The notes: generated from the sequence alone by a model not told the origin. DNA of 64,000 bases from Patescibacteria group bacterium (GCA_028865725.1 JAGWJP010000001.1:55377-119376), one strand, 5' to 3'. Counted from the stretch's first letter, positions 28,947 to 39,405 are shown. Program-made: numbers and translations.

Positions 28947-29435
28947 ATGGATAGAAAGAATACTATTGTTGACATGCTTATTGGATCGTTGCTCAAAAGT
29001 GAAGAAGATGAAGCTGGGGGAGAAGAAAGACTGACGAGTCGAGGAATGGGCCAGGTTCTTGGGATGGTTGGTGAGTTGCAGGGTGGGCTTGATGAGGTGA
29101 GACGCTATTTTCCTATCGCAAAACTTATCATCGACGGCTTGAAAGGCGATGTGACCACCGTTCTTAAGATGGCGGCTGGTGCGTATCTTGACGTAGCGGA
29201 GGGCATGCCAGAAGAGGCAAAGCGATTTGCAGCGCTTCGGGCGCGGGGAATCCGTAATTTGTATGAGAGTCTTAGCCAGAGTGGTTTTTCTGACGAAGAC
29301 GCGTATGGACTCACACTTGCGGCCCTTGCGAGTGACAGTGCTATCAAAGCACAGCAAAAGGCCAACGGCCTTTCCAAAGCTCTTGATAGATGCAGCAGTA
29401 CTACCGCTGCTCAAGTTCGTGCTGCCAAGAGTTAG
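28947..29435 (+). CDS. Hypothetical protein
   Basis: ORF 28911-29435. Internal ATG at 28947 downstream of AAGGAGG. The start is uncertain. Confidence 0.4.
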   Translation: MDRKNTIVDMLIGSLLKSEEDEAGGEERLTSRGMGQVLGMVGELQGGLDEVRRYFPIAKLIIDGLKGDVTTVLKMAAGAYLDVAEGMPEEAKRFAALRARGIRNLYESLSQSGFSDEDAYGLTLAALASDSAIKAQQKANGLSKALDRCSSTTAAQVRAAKS

Positions 29436-29483
29436 GGAGAGCGAATAAATAAATTTTTTTATCCCGCCACATGGCGGGTTTTT

Positions 29484-29510
29484 GTTTTGATCTAGAGCAG
29501 CTATCCTATT
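29484..29510 (+). terminator. Rho-independent terminator, copy 2, identical to copy 1
   Basis: The same tttatcccgccacatggcgggtttttgttttga string. Confidence 0.75.
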
Positions 29511-29583
29511 CGTATCTTTCCTTGACGAGCCATGAATGTTTTATTATGTTTTATGTAGAGCATCTTGTGTAGGGAGGCCTGAC

Positions 29584-30087
29584 GTGAAAGAAAAGGCGAC
29601 ACGCAAAGTTACTCTTGCGGAACTGGTGCGAGCGCGGCAATTGTTCCTTGAAACTATTATTCCTTGTATTGAATTTTTGGTGCATACCCATGGTGAGGTG
29701 TTGGATCATAAGGTTCGCGATTGTTACACGACTACTACACGTGAGTTAAACAATGTGCGTGGATTCTCATTCTATACGTACGGCTCTTTTACTATGTTTG
29801 GTGGTAGGAACGTCATTGTATACTATCATCCACATGGAAAGAAGGGTGATCTGACGCGTGTTCTCGATGTTGATTATTGGGATATCCAAAAATGTCACGT
29901 TAAGACATTTGATGCTTCTCTTGTATGGCAGCACGCGCTGCAGCAGCTTTGTTTAGACAAAGAACAAGTGCAACATGAATTGCAGAGACGGAAACAGCAG
30001 GAGCAGGAAGTGCGGGGAAAAGAAGCACAGCAATATAGAGATGCGGCACAAGTTGAAGAGGATGCACGACGGTTGAAGCTTATTTGA
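29584..30087 (+). CDS. Hypothetical protein
   Basis: GTG start 6 nt after GGGAGG. 167 aa. Charged, Q-rich C-terminus. Confidence 0.4.
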   Translation: MKEKATRKVTLAELVRARQLFLETIIPCIEFLVHTHGEVLDHKVRDCYTTTTRELNNVRGFSFYTYGSFTMFGGRNVIVYYHPHGKKGDLTRVLDVDYWDIQKCHVKTFDASLVWQHALQQLCLDKEQVQHELQRRKQQEQEVRGKEAQQYRDAAQVEEDARRLKLI

Positions 30088-30215
30088 GAGCAAGAGCATT
30101 TTCGAGATTACATGCGGAATTCCGCATGTTTTTTGTTCCTCACGGAATATTTACATATTTCTTTTGATGTGGTATCATTAATTTCGCTCATTGAAAACAG
30201 AAAGGAGTAAGTCTT

Positions 30216-30944
30216 GTGATCTCAGAAGTCTCCGTAATTTTTCAGGTTACAGCTACGGCGGATCATGCTTTGCGGTATGCGCGCGATCTTGCTTCATTGC
30301 TTCACGTGAACCTCACTGTATTTGTAGATTCATGGCTTGGTACGGATGAAAAAGAGCGCATTGCGCGTGCCGTGGTTGAGCGAGTTGATGGTGAAGGAAT
30401 TGTCTATAAGCCTTTGCGCGCTTTGCGTATGCCGATGGGTTCCAGTGTTTGTAATCTCGTGGTGACCAATACCCCATCTCAATGTGCAGAGTTTTCTTGT
30501 GTCATGCCTCACAATGAAACACAAGTGAGCCGGTCAGAAAAAGGAGAAATTATGATTCCTTTTGGTGACGGCCGTTCTGGCATTCGCGCTGCGTCGCTGG
30601 GGATTCCCCTCGCGAGACAGCTTGGCTATTCAGTATTTTTATGGCATACGACATGGCGCGATGAGCGAGTGTTCTCAGCGGATCCTTATGCTCATATGTG
30701 TGCAGAAGCACGCACGGTATTTTCTATACTTAAGGAGGCATGCGTCCAGGAGAGGGTGCCTTATCGTATCGGTATTGATATGGCAGACAGTATCCCTGGA
30801 GGAATAGTGCGTATAGCATTGCGCGAACATATGTCTCTGATTTGTATGGCGAGAGGTGCGAATACAGGAAAAGGAAGTTACGTTGATTTAGTGAGTGCGC
30901 GTACCCCTACCCCGCTTGTGATTGTGGGAGGTGAAGTGCAGTGA
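30216..30944 (+). CDS. Universal stress protein-like (tandem USP-like domains)
   Basis: IMIPFGDGRSGIRAASLGIPLARQLGYSVFLWHTTW and LVIVGG are USP-like segments. Inference. Confidence 0.45.
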   Translation: MISEVSVIFQVTATADHALRYARDLASLLHVNLTVFVDSWLGTDEKERIARAVVERVDGEGIVYKPLRALRMPMGSSVCNLVVTNTPSQCAEFSCVMPHNETQVSRSEKGEIMIPFGDGRSGIRAASLGIPLARQLGYSVFLWHTTWRDERVFSADPYAHMCAEARTVFSILKEACVQERVPYRIGIDMADSIPGGIVRIALREHMSLICMARGANTGKGSYVDLVSARTPTPLVIVGGEVQ

Positions 30945-32185
30945 TGAAGACTGCTGTTTTTCGCTCTCCTTATTTTGTGATGGTGGTTGTGTTGTTCATG
31001 TATGCCATAAAGGTTGTCGCGAAGCTTAGTATCGGTGCGTACGTACACTCCCCGGTGATTATGGGGGACGGTTATCATAATGTTGCTGATGTACTGGAAG
31101 CGTTGATCGTCGTAGTAGTAATTAGTTATGCGAGAATGTCGTATGGCGATGAGTATCCGTTGGGGAGAAGTAATATCGAAAGCATTTTTAAGTTCGGGGT
31201 TGGTATCGCGCTCTGCTATACCGCATTTCAATTGTGTGTTCGGTGCGGTGTCGAGCTTGTCGCATATGTGCCTTCTTTTGATACCTGGCTCCGTGCGCAT
31301 GTTGCGCTTCCGCATCACGAATTGTTGCGCATGGGTGCTCAATATTTTTGGTATGTGGCTGGCGTTACGGGGCTTAGCGCATTGACTTCATGGGGTGTGG
31401 GGCGCTATCAGATTATTGTCGGCCAGAACGCCGGGTGCGGGAGCCTTAAAACGGATGGCATTGAGACGCTAAATGACGGAAAAATCGAAGGGGTTACTTG
31501 TGTGGGTGTGTTGAGTGAATATTTTTTTCATATTTCATGTATTGAGTATCCTCTTGGGTTATATGTTGCTTATCTTGTATTTCATGCGGGGAAAGAACTG
31601 ATTGGAGAAGCGTGGGGTGCATTGCTCCAGCGTTCTATTGGAAAGGCGCATGAAGTGGCGATCCGCGATATTACCACGCGTACATGTGGGGTGCTTGACC
31701 TTGCCGAGCTGAAGGCATTTTGTGTCGGTGAACGCGTGGTATGCATTATGAAGGTGATTACGCGTTTGTCTCACACAACGAATGTCGATATCAAACATGC
31801 TCTTGCAGATAACGTCGCAGAATATCTTGAGACGCATGGCTTCGATACTCATCAATTTTTTATTCGTTTTGATCATCCCGACGCCCACGAACGTCGCGTA
31901 GCATATGCAGTGTTTCACGGCGTGCGGGGATCATTTGTCGCGGAATCTTTGCACGATGCAACGCATGTGAGAATTTGTGATGAAGAATATGAAGAGATCG
32001 TGCGGTGGGACGATGAAGCGATTTCTGGCATCATCCCAGAGGAGATTCTTGCACTTCTTCTTCGTAAGCGAGTGCGAATACTCTATGTGTATGGTGATGA
32101 ACCTGATAGAGCTATATTTCAGGACGCAGGAATTGAGGTCAAACAAACCATTTCATCGGTTCTCGATGTTTTGGGTATCGCCTAG
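30941..32185 (+). CDS. Cation-diffusion-facilitator-like membrane transporter with an extended C-terminal domain
   Basis: N-terminal TMs with HSPVIMGDGYHNVADVLEA (CDF TM2-like). 414 aa. Overlaps the upstream gene by 4 nt. Confidence 0.45.
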   Translation: MMKTAVFRSPYFVMVVVLFMYAIKVVAKLSIGAYVHSPVIMGDGYHNVADVLEALIVVVVISYARMSYGDEYPLGRSNIESIFKFGVGIALCYTAFQLCVRCGVELVAYVPSFDTWLRAHVALPHHELLRMGAQYFWYVAGVTGLSALTSWGVGRYQIIVGQNAGCGSLKTDGIETLNDGKIEGVTCVGVLSEYFFHISCIEYPLGLYVAYLVFHAGKELIGEAWGALLQRSIGKAHEVAIRDITTRTCGVLDLAELKAFCVGERVVCIMKVITRLSHTTNVDIKHALADNVAEYLETHGFDTHQFFIRFDHPDAHERRVAYAVFHGVRGSFVAESLHDATHVRICDEEYEEIVRWDDEAISGIIPEEILALLLRKRVRILYVYGDEPDRAIFQDAGIEVKQTISSVLDVLGIA

Positions 32186-32365
32186 TGTAATGAGAAAGAA
32201 CCCTGCATACTCCATGCAGGTTTTTTATAACCGCAGCCTCGGATAATATTAGTGGTTTTGCCACCCACCCATAGGATCTTTACAAATAATATTACTTATA
32301 CTAATATCTTCACAGAACCCCCCGCCCTGCCTACTACTTGTGGGGGTTTGACAAGGAGGTCTGTC

Positions 32366-32581
32366 ATGCACGAAAAACATGACGATCAGACAATGAAAAA
32401 GATTCTGATCACGACGTTTTTGATCTTTATGACTGTTCCGGTACTGAGCACTTGTGGTACCATGGTCTCTTCCCCTAGTGATCTAGGGGTATTGGGGGGA
32501 GTATGTTTGTTTCTCGCGACCGTCGTTGCGTGGTACTACTACGTAACGCGGTATCTCCAGAAAGGGAGGTCACAAGGATGA
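32366..32581 (+). CDS. Small putative lipoprotein / membrane protein
   Basis: ATG 6 nt after AAGGAGG. MHEKHDDQTMKKILITTFLIFMTVPVLSTCG (lipobox LSTC). Confidence 0.5.
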   Translation: MHEKHDDQTMKKILITTFLIFMTVPVLSTCGTMVSSPSDLGVLGGVCLFLATVVAWYYYVTRYLQKGRSQG

Positions 32582-33447
32582 ACGGAAAGTTCCACAACCT
32601 TTTTTCCACCGTCGCTCTCTTTTTTGTGATGATTTCCATGAGTGGCTGTGCCGCCACGGTTGATCCTGGCCATGCAGGCATCAAGGTAAATTATTATGGT
32701 TCGAACCGCGGAGTTCAGGATTACCCGATCGTTACGGGTCGTGTATGGTATAACCCGATTTCTGAGAAAGTTTTGAGCTATCCAACGTTTGTGCAGACCG
32801 CTGTGTGGACCTCTAATAGTCACGAAGGAAGCCCTAATAATGAGGAGATCTCCTTTAATTCAAAGGAGGGCCTCATCATTAATGGAGACATTTCTCTTTC
32901 CTATCAGCTCGATCCAAGTAAGGTCCCGGCATTTTATGTGAAGTTTCGCAGCGATGACTTGAATAACTTCACGCATGGATTTTTGCGTAATGTCGCGCGC
33001 GACGCATTCAATGAGGTCGCATCCACGTACGCAGTGGATGATCTCTATGGGCCGAAGAAAGAGGAGTTTTTGCGGGAAGTACGCAAGCGAATTAATGATA
33101 AAGTAAGTCCTTTTGGAGTAGAGATTCAGCAATTCGGTTTTATTGGTGCACCGCGTCTTCCTCAAAGCGTGGTGGATGCGTTGAACATGAAGATTAAGGC
33201 GACACAGGATGCTATTCGTGTTGAAAATGAATTGCGTGAAGCAAGAGCGGAAGCGAATAAGCGCGTAGCGACCGCGGAGGGTGAGGCGCGGGCGAATGAG
33301 ATTCTTACGAAATCAATTACGCCCACCTTGCTTGAATGGCGTCGGCTTGAACTCTTAAAAGAGAAGTGGAACGGTGCGTTGCCCACCGTGATTGGCGGGA
33401 ATGGTGGAATTCCTTTGCTTCAGCTTCCTGTTCAGCACAGTAAGTAA
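32578..33447 (+). CDS. SPFH/band-7 (prohibitin/HflC-like) lipoprotein
   Basis: Start ATG after AGGGAGG. MNGKFHNLFSTVALFFVMISMSGCAAT lipobox. SPFH core with a coiled-coil C-terminus. Confidence 0.7.
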   Translation: MNGKFHNLFSTVALFFVMISMSGCAATVDPGHAGIKVNYYGSNRGVQDYPIVTGRVWYNPISEKVLSYPTFVQTAVWTSNSHEGSPNNEEISFNSKEGLIINGDISLSYQLDPSKVPAFYVKFRSDDLNNFTHGFLRNVARDAFNEVASTYAVDDLYGPKKEEFLREVRKRINDKVSPFGVEIQQFGFIGAPRLPQSVVDALNMKIKATQDAIRVENELREARAEANKRVATAEGEARANEILTKSITPTLLEWRRLELLKEKWNGALPTVIGGNGGIPLLQLPVQHSK

Positions 33448-33467
33448 TATGAGATAAAAGTAATAAA

Positions 33468-33492
33468 GCCCCAGATTATATGGGGTTTTTTC
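33468..33492 (+). terminator. Probable rho-independent terminator
   Basis: gcccca-gattata-tgggg followed by tttttt. Confidence 0.5.
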
Positions 33493-33544
33493 TTTAGTTG
33501 AAATATCTTGAGAGAGTGAGTAGAATGGAGTTACTTTATATTAC

Positions 33545-34348
33545 ATGAAGAATAAAAAACTCGTCACTATTTTATTTTTTGATATCCTCACGCCCGATGA
33601 AGCGCAAAAGATCGAGTTCAGTCGTGAGATTTATAACGGGGGGACATATTCTGAATCTGTGCGGCGTAGGGTAGGATTGGGTCCGGATGAATGGGTATAT
33701 TGTGATGCTCCTAAAGGAGTGTTTCCGAAAGATCTCTCCCAATTCGATGGAGTTATTATTGGTGGATCTACGGGGGATCCCATCCAAGGATCTGAAAAAT
33801 CATGGATGAGAAAGACCTATCCTTTTATTCGAAAACTTATCCGCGCCAAGATTCCGCTCTTGGGGATTTGTGGCGGTCTCCAGTTTACCGTGCGTGCATT
33901 AGGGGGTGATGTCATATTAAATCCGAAGGGCAGGGAACTTGGAACTATACGTGTAGCACTTACAAAATCGGGGAAACAGGATCCGCTCTTTCGCGGGTTA
34001 CCGCACGCTATTTTTGCGCAATCCAGTCACAAATGTATTGCCGGAGATTTGTTGCCAGATTGGGTATTGCTCGGATCTTCTAAACTTTGTATACCCCAGG
34101 CAATCGGTATTCACAACTCGGTGCGCCTTTTGCAATTTCATCCCGAGAAAAAGGCATCGTATCTGAAGAGACTTGTGCGCACGCGTAAGAATACGCTCTT
34201 GAAAGAAGGCTTTGTAAAAAATGAAGCGCAGTTCAAGAAATTTGTCGCATCTATTAAAAACGAAGATCGTATCGGAAAAAAGATTCTTCATAATTTTGTC
34301 ACGCAGTTTGTGATGCCTTACGCACAACAGAAAACAAAAACCCGTTAA
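33545..34348 (+). CDS. Class I glutamine amidotransferase-like protein
   Basis: IPLLGICGGLQF nucleophile-elbow-like motif. 267 aa. Confidence 0.55.
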   Translation: MKNKKLVTILFFDILTPDEAQKIEFSREIYNGGTYSESVRRRVGLGPDEWVYCDAPKGVFPKDLSQFDGVIIGGSTGDPIQGSEKSWMRKTYPFIRKLIRAKIPLLGICGGLQFTVRALGGDVILNPKGRELGTIRVALTKSGKQDPLFRGLPHAIFAQSSHKCIAGDLLPDWVLLGSSKLCIPQAIGIHNSVRLLQFHPEKKASYLKRLVRTRKNTLLKEGFVKNEAQFKKFVASIKNEDRIGKKILHNFVTQFVMPYAQQKTKTR

Positions 34349-34354
34349 AAGTAT

Positions 34355-34492
34355 ATGAGAGATTTCATTAAGCCACGCGAGCAAGAAGAATTAAAAGAAG
34401 TCCTTGATAATCTTACTAAAGAATCCGAGGCTCTTTATGATGCTCTTATTCAAAAAGAGGGAGAAGTAGAAAATAAAGAGCAAGCGAAATAG
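34355..34492 (+). CDS. Possible small acidic protein (45 aa)
   Basis: MRDFIKPREQEELKEVLDNLTKESEALYDALIQKEGEVENKEQAK. Not in the ORF track. Confidence 0.25.
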   Translation: MRDFIKPREQEELKEVLDNLTKESEALYDALIQKEGEVENKEQAK

Positions 34493-34504
34493 TTAAAAAG
34501 AAAT

Positions 34505-36685
34505 ATGAAAGAGTCTCTTGGTTCTATTCAAAAAGAAAAGAAAAATCCCGCGCATGTAATTGATATGTATTGGGAGAAGGCGCGACGTATCGTTGGTGCT
34601 GTTCAGGAGCGCGGAGGAGATGTTTCCGCCGTTCTCAAAAAAGAGATTATGGAGCGTTTGTCGGCCTTATCTTATATTAAAGAATATGCGTCAAGTGTTG
34701 CCGCGCGCGTATCGGGTAACAAAGAGTTCCTTACCGAACGCCAGCGCGACGAGATTCGCATTCATTGCAAAGCGCTTGAAGGTCAACTAGGCATAGAGAG
34801 CAACAACGGGCATATTGCCGAGGCGGCGCTGTGTATTGATTTGCCTTTCTTGGAGTTTGCCCTTCTTCGTGAAGATAACTATCCCGAGGAAGTATTGGGA
34901 ATTCGCGCGTGGGAAGGATGGCTTGAAGCAGAAAAGAAGATTAAGGATACTGCTACGCTTACTCTCGATAATGTGATTGAGCTTCAGAATATCCTTACAC
35001 AGGGAACCTCTTCTAAAACACGGGGAGCGTTAAGGGACACAGGTGTCGTAGGTAGCGATATGACAGAGTTAGGAAAACCCCTGCTTCTTACTGATCAGGA
35101 GCTGCAAATTCTTCGCAAGAATTTTTTTGTACGGTTCGTGCCTACAGGTGATGATCCTCATAAAGGATATATTTTATATCCTACGGTAAAAGATCCCGAG
35201 CTTCTCGCATCATGCCGCGCCAATCTTTCACCCGAAGCAAACGATCGTCTAGGAGCAGACCCCGGCGAACAAATGCTTGTTATGGAATTATTGGACGCAA
35301 GACTTCAGGAGCTTGCCGCAGAGGACTCGCCCAAAGATAACGATGAAGTTATCGTGCGCGCAGCAAAGCTTCAGCGAGATATTGTTTCCCTTCACCCCTT
35401 TTTTGATGGCAACGGAAGGCTTTCCCGGTTGATTATGAATTGGTATCTAAGAAAACACGGTGTTTCTCCGAGTGTTTTGGAATATGCGGAACGTGATCTT
35501 TTCTTTTCTGATGAAGAATGGGTAGAAGAAGTGAAGCGGGGGACAACGCATCATGAAGAATTACAGGGACTGGGAGTGTGGAGCATTGAAGATTGTGAAT
35601 TATATACCCAGATCTATGCGCCTGCGAACCCTGATGCGATTCCCGAAAAAGACAAAATGCGCCACGAGCCGTATCGTGTCGCCCTTGATCGATTTGAGAA
35701 ATGGGAGGGCACGCACGCCGAGGAATTTCAAAAAATGACGACTGATGAAGTGCAGATTTATACGTCTGAAGGACCAAAAACTGTAAAGATAGGAGGACTG
35801 GTGTCAAGGAGGCAGATTGAGATGTTCGGCGATACTCGGCCTGAAGCGCAGAAGTTTATTCGTCGTGAGTTTTATCGAGAGGATGTGACGCTTTTTCGCG
35901 GTTTAGCAGTGACGGGAATAGAGGATCCACAAGATCTTATTTCATTTTTTACAGAACCTATGGCAGGTACTTCTTCGTATCGATCTTTGATTCCTAGCGG
36001 TACGTCTCCTTTTGCATTTTTGCCGGTTTCCAAGAAAGATATTCGCCAGGTTTTTTTAGATTATAACCAGACAATTGCTTCTGATTATACTATTACCACG
36101 GAACATAAGGAAATACCCGATTTTAAAAACAAAGAAAAACAGAAATTAAAATTAGTATCAAAGAATTTTGGTCGATATGAACCTAAAGGAAAGCAGGCGC
36201 TTCAAGACGGAGATTACTTATCTTTTCTTTTAGATAAACACCAGTTGGGTTCGACACCTGGCGTTGTTGTATCTCCCGGGGTAAGTTTCACTCCTAATAT
36301 TGGCAATGCACGGTCTTTTGGTTCTGAGAGGGAGACTCGTATCCTAATACACGCATTATTACCGCGCTCAGGACTTTATTTTTTACCTAAAGCAAAGCAG
36401 GTACCTCTTTTGAAAAAATTTCATCCTGAGCATCCTAGTGAGAATGAAATGATAGTGATCGGAGGAATGGATCCGAATGCGGTGATGAAAGTTGAGGTTG
36501 TTGAACGTAATCAGGTTGGGTCGTATCCTGAATTTACTACCGTAGCTTCTTTGGAGAGAAACGAACGTAATGAAATTGTGTATACGAATCATAAGAGTGG
36601 GGTACAGAACGTGTTTGTGTTCAACGGCGAGGGAACATTAGTGCCTTATGTGTCTGAAGAGACGTCAAATAAACGCGCCGCTTAA
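34505..36685 (+). CDS. Large Fic/DOC-family protein (726 aa)
   Basis: Fic motif SLHPFFDGNGRLSRLIMNWYL (HPFx[DE]GNGR). Confidence 0.75.
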   Translation: MKESLGSIQKEKKNPAHVIDMYWEKARRIVGAVQERGGDVSAVLKKEIMERLSALSYIKEYASSVAARVSGNKEFLTERQRDEIRIHCKALEGQLGIESNNGHIAEAALCIDLPFLEFALLREDNYPEEVLGIRAWEGWLEAEKKIKDTATLTLDNVIELQNILTQGTSSKTRGALRDTGVVGSDMTELGKPLLLTDQELQILRKNFFVRFVPTGDDPHKGYILYPTVKDPELLASCRANLSPEANDRLGADPGEQMLVMELLDARLQELAAEDSPKDNDEVIVRAAKLQRDIVSLHPFFDGNGRLSRLIMNWYLRKHGVSPSVLEYAERDLFFSDEEWVEEVKRGTTHHEELQGLGVWSIEDCELYTQIYAPANPDAIPEKDKMRHEPYRVALDRFEKWEGTHAEEFQKMTTDEVQIYTSEGPKTVKIGGLVSRRQIEMFGDTRPEAQKFIRREFYREDVTLFRGLAVTGIEDPQDLISFFTEPMAGTSSYRSLIPSGTSPFAFLPVSKKDIRQVFLDYNQTIASDYTITTEHKEIPDFKNKEKQKLKLVSKNFGRYEPKGKQALQDGDYLSFLLDKHQLGSTPGVVVSPGVSFTPNIGNARSFGSERETRILIHALLPRSGLYFLPKAKQVPLLKKFHPEHPSENEMIVIGGMDPNAVMKVEVVERNQVGSYPEFTTVASLERNERNEIVYTNHKSGVQNVFVFNGEGTLVPYVSEETSNKRAA

Positions 36686-36900
36686 GTTGACAGATTTTTG
36701 AGAGGAGTATACAATGAATACTATATGCAGCACGAAATTTCATTTACGTATTGGTTTTGCTTTATCCCTCTCTTGGAGAAGCGGCGTTTTGTTGCATAGC
36801 TACATACTAAGTAGTCAGGACAAAAACCTCTTCTCCAGAAGAGGTTTTTTACTTCTTCCGGATTCCAGCACTTTGAAAACAAGAAAAGGAGGAGATTACT

Positions 36901-37662
36901 ATGGACCCAGATTATGAGGCGTTCATTGCAAAGTTTTTGTTCCGCGAGGATCTTGCGCGGCATATAGGCATTGAGCGTGAACATTTTTTAGTAGATCAGT
37001 ATGGCAAGGAAATTCCTCGCGCCAAGGAATTTCTGGAAATGATCAGCGATCCTCGATGGACGTATGAACTTTCTGCGTGCCAAGTTGAGGATAGGACAAT
37101 TCCACGACGTGATATAAACGCAGTCATGTATGAGTGTTTGGAAAATGATAATAACGCGCATCATGTCGCAGAGCGTTTGGGTATTGCTCTCGCGAATCGA
37201 GAGGTTGCGCGTGCGTCTATGCCGCTTGATGTGTATCCCGATCCGCGCTATGAGAATATTGTGCGTACTATTTCGCATGAACGACTTAGCGCGGCATGCC
37301 GTGTAACCGGAACTCATATTCACGTAGGAGTACGAGATATGGAAGATGCGATCGCGACGTATAATGCCCTTGTGCCTCACGGTGAGGAGCTCTGTGCACT
37401 GGGGAACCATTCGGATGGTGAGCGTTTGCGCCTCTATAAAGCGATGGCAACTGATTGGAAACCATCGTGTTATCGCAACGCGGCACATTTTTATGCAGTG
37501 GCATGCGCGCGTGGTTTTGCAGAGGACCCGAGAAATTGTTGGAACTTGATTCGGATCAGCAGACATGGCACCATCGAACTCCGTATGTTCGGGGTCACTG
37601 ATTATGTCGGTGAGGTTGCGATGTGGGTACAGCGTATTCTTTCAATCCTGAAAGGAGGATGA
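36901..37662 (+). CDS. Glutamate-cysteine ligase family 2 (YbdK-like carboxylate-amine ligase), compact form
   Basis: IGIEREHFLVD, GTHIHVGV, RHGTIELRMFG. Confidence 0.6.
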   Translation: MDPDYEAFIAKFLFREDLARHIGIEREHFLVDQYGKEIPRAKEFLEMISDPRWTYELSACQVEDRTIPRRDINAVMYECLENDNNAHHVAERLGIALANREVARASMPLDVYPDPRYENIVRTISHERLSAACRVTGTHIHVGVRDMEDAIATYNALVPHGEELCALGNHSDGERLRLYKAMATDWKPSCYRNAAHFYAVACARGFAEDPRNCWNLIRISRHGTIELRMFGVTDYVGEVAMWVQRILSILKGG

Positions 37663-37669
37663 CACATCT

Positions 37670-38745
37670 ATGAACACACATGAGTCAGAAATGAGAGAGG
37701 CGTTTGTCCAGCGCGCGGAGCAGATTCTTTCTGAGGAAGAGCGGTTTGTAAAGCCGGAAGGTATGCAACGTATGGGGTTCGAATCTGAGCTTGCGTTCGA
37801 TGTGGAGAGCGCGCCGCTCGATGCGATCGAGCCGGTGCGGAATATGGTGATCGACGAGGTGGGCACCTCGGCCGATACCGAACTTGGGGTGGCACAGATC
37901 GAGATCCGTACCCCTCCTATTGATATCTTGAAATGTGGCGGCATGCATGAGCTTGGTAGAGTCTACCAGCAAGAGCTTGAGGCAACTGTCATCGCGGCGC
38001 GGCGTCACGGAGCGCATATTCTTCGTGTAGGCGCACACCCATTTCTTCCTGTGCTTGGTACCCCACGTACTCACAAGCCGAAATATCGACAGGTTCCTGA
38101 TTTCTACAATGCGCATCGACGTTGTGATGTGGAAACACGAATTGGGCTTGGGAATGTTCAGATTGATATTGGGGACGCCGCGGTGGTGTCACTTTTTCAG
38201 TCGTTTCAAGTTAATATTGAAGCACGCTCCTTTTACGACGCGATTCTAAAAATGGATCGTTCTCTTATGATCGCTCCCTACCTTCTGACATTAGGCGGTA
38301 ATGCGCGGTACTTGAATTGTACCGATTCTCACTACACAGACTTACGTATGGTTGCGTGGGAGAAGAGTCATGATACGCGTGCGAATGATATGCGACTTCT
38401 TTCATGGGAACGAACTTGCCGTTGTCCATGGTGCGAGAAAACAGAATCAATGCGATGCTCCATGGAGTACACCGCGATATGTGGTTTCTGTCCGATACGG
38501 GCGCACTAGAACGTATGGATGCGCGAGTGGGTATTTTGCGTGAAATTGATCGCGCGATGCATGGACTTCGTGATCTTGGTCTCCATAACGAATTTTGTGC
38601 TCAGCATATGTATCTGGTTCATCACACGGGTTCTCCCTCGGACAGGTTGTCACAGGCGCTGTCTCAACTTTCTTGTAGTGGCGATGAATGCATTGAAGCA
38701 TCTGTAATGCGGAATGCACTTCGTGAAACAAGTATGCTTATATAG
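37670..38745 (+). pseudogene. Second GCS2-like ligase, interrupted by an apparent frameshift near 38390-38430
   Basis: ORF 37670-38509 reads GFESELAFDV...ELGVAQIEIRT, then ends in an unrelated Cys-rich tail. The conserved C-terminal block SDTGALERMDARVG (compare RHGTIELRMFGV of the upstream paralog) continues in the other frame, 38404-38745. Confidence 0.5.
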
Positions 38746-38758
38746 CACAGAAAAATAC

Positions 38759-38784
38759 AAAGCGGGGACCCTTCGCTTTTTTGT
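38759..38784 (+). terminator. Rho-independent terminator
   Basis: aagcg-gggaccctt-cgctt followed by ttttgtt. Confidence 0.55.
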
Positions 38785-38885
38785 TGAGGCGATCAATTCT
38801 TGCGATGGCACTATGGCCTTTGGCCGATCCATTTTTCTATATTAGGTGACATTAATATGGAGTTGGTACGTTTATTGTAGCAAGC

Positions 38886-38913
38886 TTGACAAATTTTATT
38901 GGTTGGTTATAAT
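38886..38913 (+). promoter_or_regulatory. Sigma-70-like promoter
   Basis: TTGACA, 16 nt, TATAAT. About 50 nt upstream of the RBS and ATG at 38966. Confidence 0.5.
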
Positions 38914-38965
38914 ATGGACACATGATGGGATCCGCAAGATCTCATCAAAAAAAGGAGGGAAAAAG

Positions 38966-39370
38966 ATGTCAATAGTGCCTTTTTTCTTTTTGTCGCTTGC
39001 GGGGTGTTTTTTTATGCTGGCTGGGTATGTGTTTGGTAAGTCTGCTTATCAGCAGAAGCCCGCGCCACAGAAGGTTTTTGGCCTTCGAGAGGCTGAGGAG
39101 GCCGCCGCAAAGCTCGGCGGGATTAATAAGGAAACGGCGAAGGTTATGCGGGTTGTCGCCGCCGTGAATGGCCTTGACAACCAAGTCCTTGCCCACGCGG
39201 CGGACGAAAGAGAATATCATTCTCGACAAATCGCGGAGAGTGAAAAGAGGATCAGTGACAAGAGGCGCCAGATTGCGATCCACGAGGGGATCATCGAGAA
39301 CCACAAGATTCGGGATGAAGATGTTGCTTCTTTGCAAGCCGTGTTTGCTGAAGAAACCGCGGCCGAGTAA
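38966..39370 (+). CDS. Membrane-anchored hypothetical protein
   Basis: RBS AAAGGAGGG. MSIVPFFFLSLAGCFFMLAGYVF TM helix. Coiled-coil C-terminus. Confidence 0.55.
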   Translation: MSIVPFFFLSLAGCFFMLAGYVFGKSAYQQKPAPQKVFGLREAEEAAAKLGGINKETAKVMRVVAAVNGLDNQVLAHAADEREYHSRQIAESEKRISDKRRQIAIHEGIIENHKIRDEDVASLQAVFAEETAAE

Positions 39371-39378
39371 TTTTTGAA

Positions 39379-39405
39379 GACGCCCACATTGTGGGCGTTT
39401 TTTAT
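39379..39405 (+). terminator. Rho-independent terminator
   Basis: acgcccac-att-gtgggcgt followed by tttttt. Confidence 0.75.
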
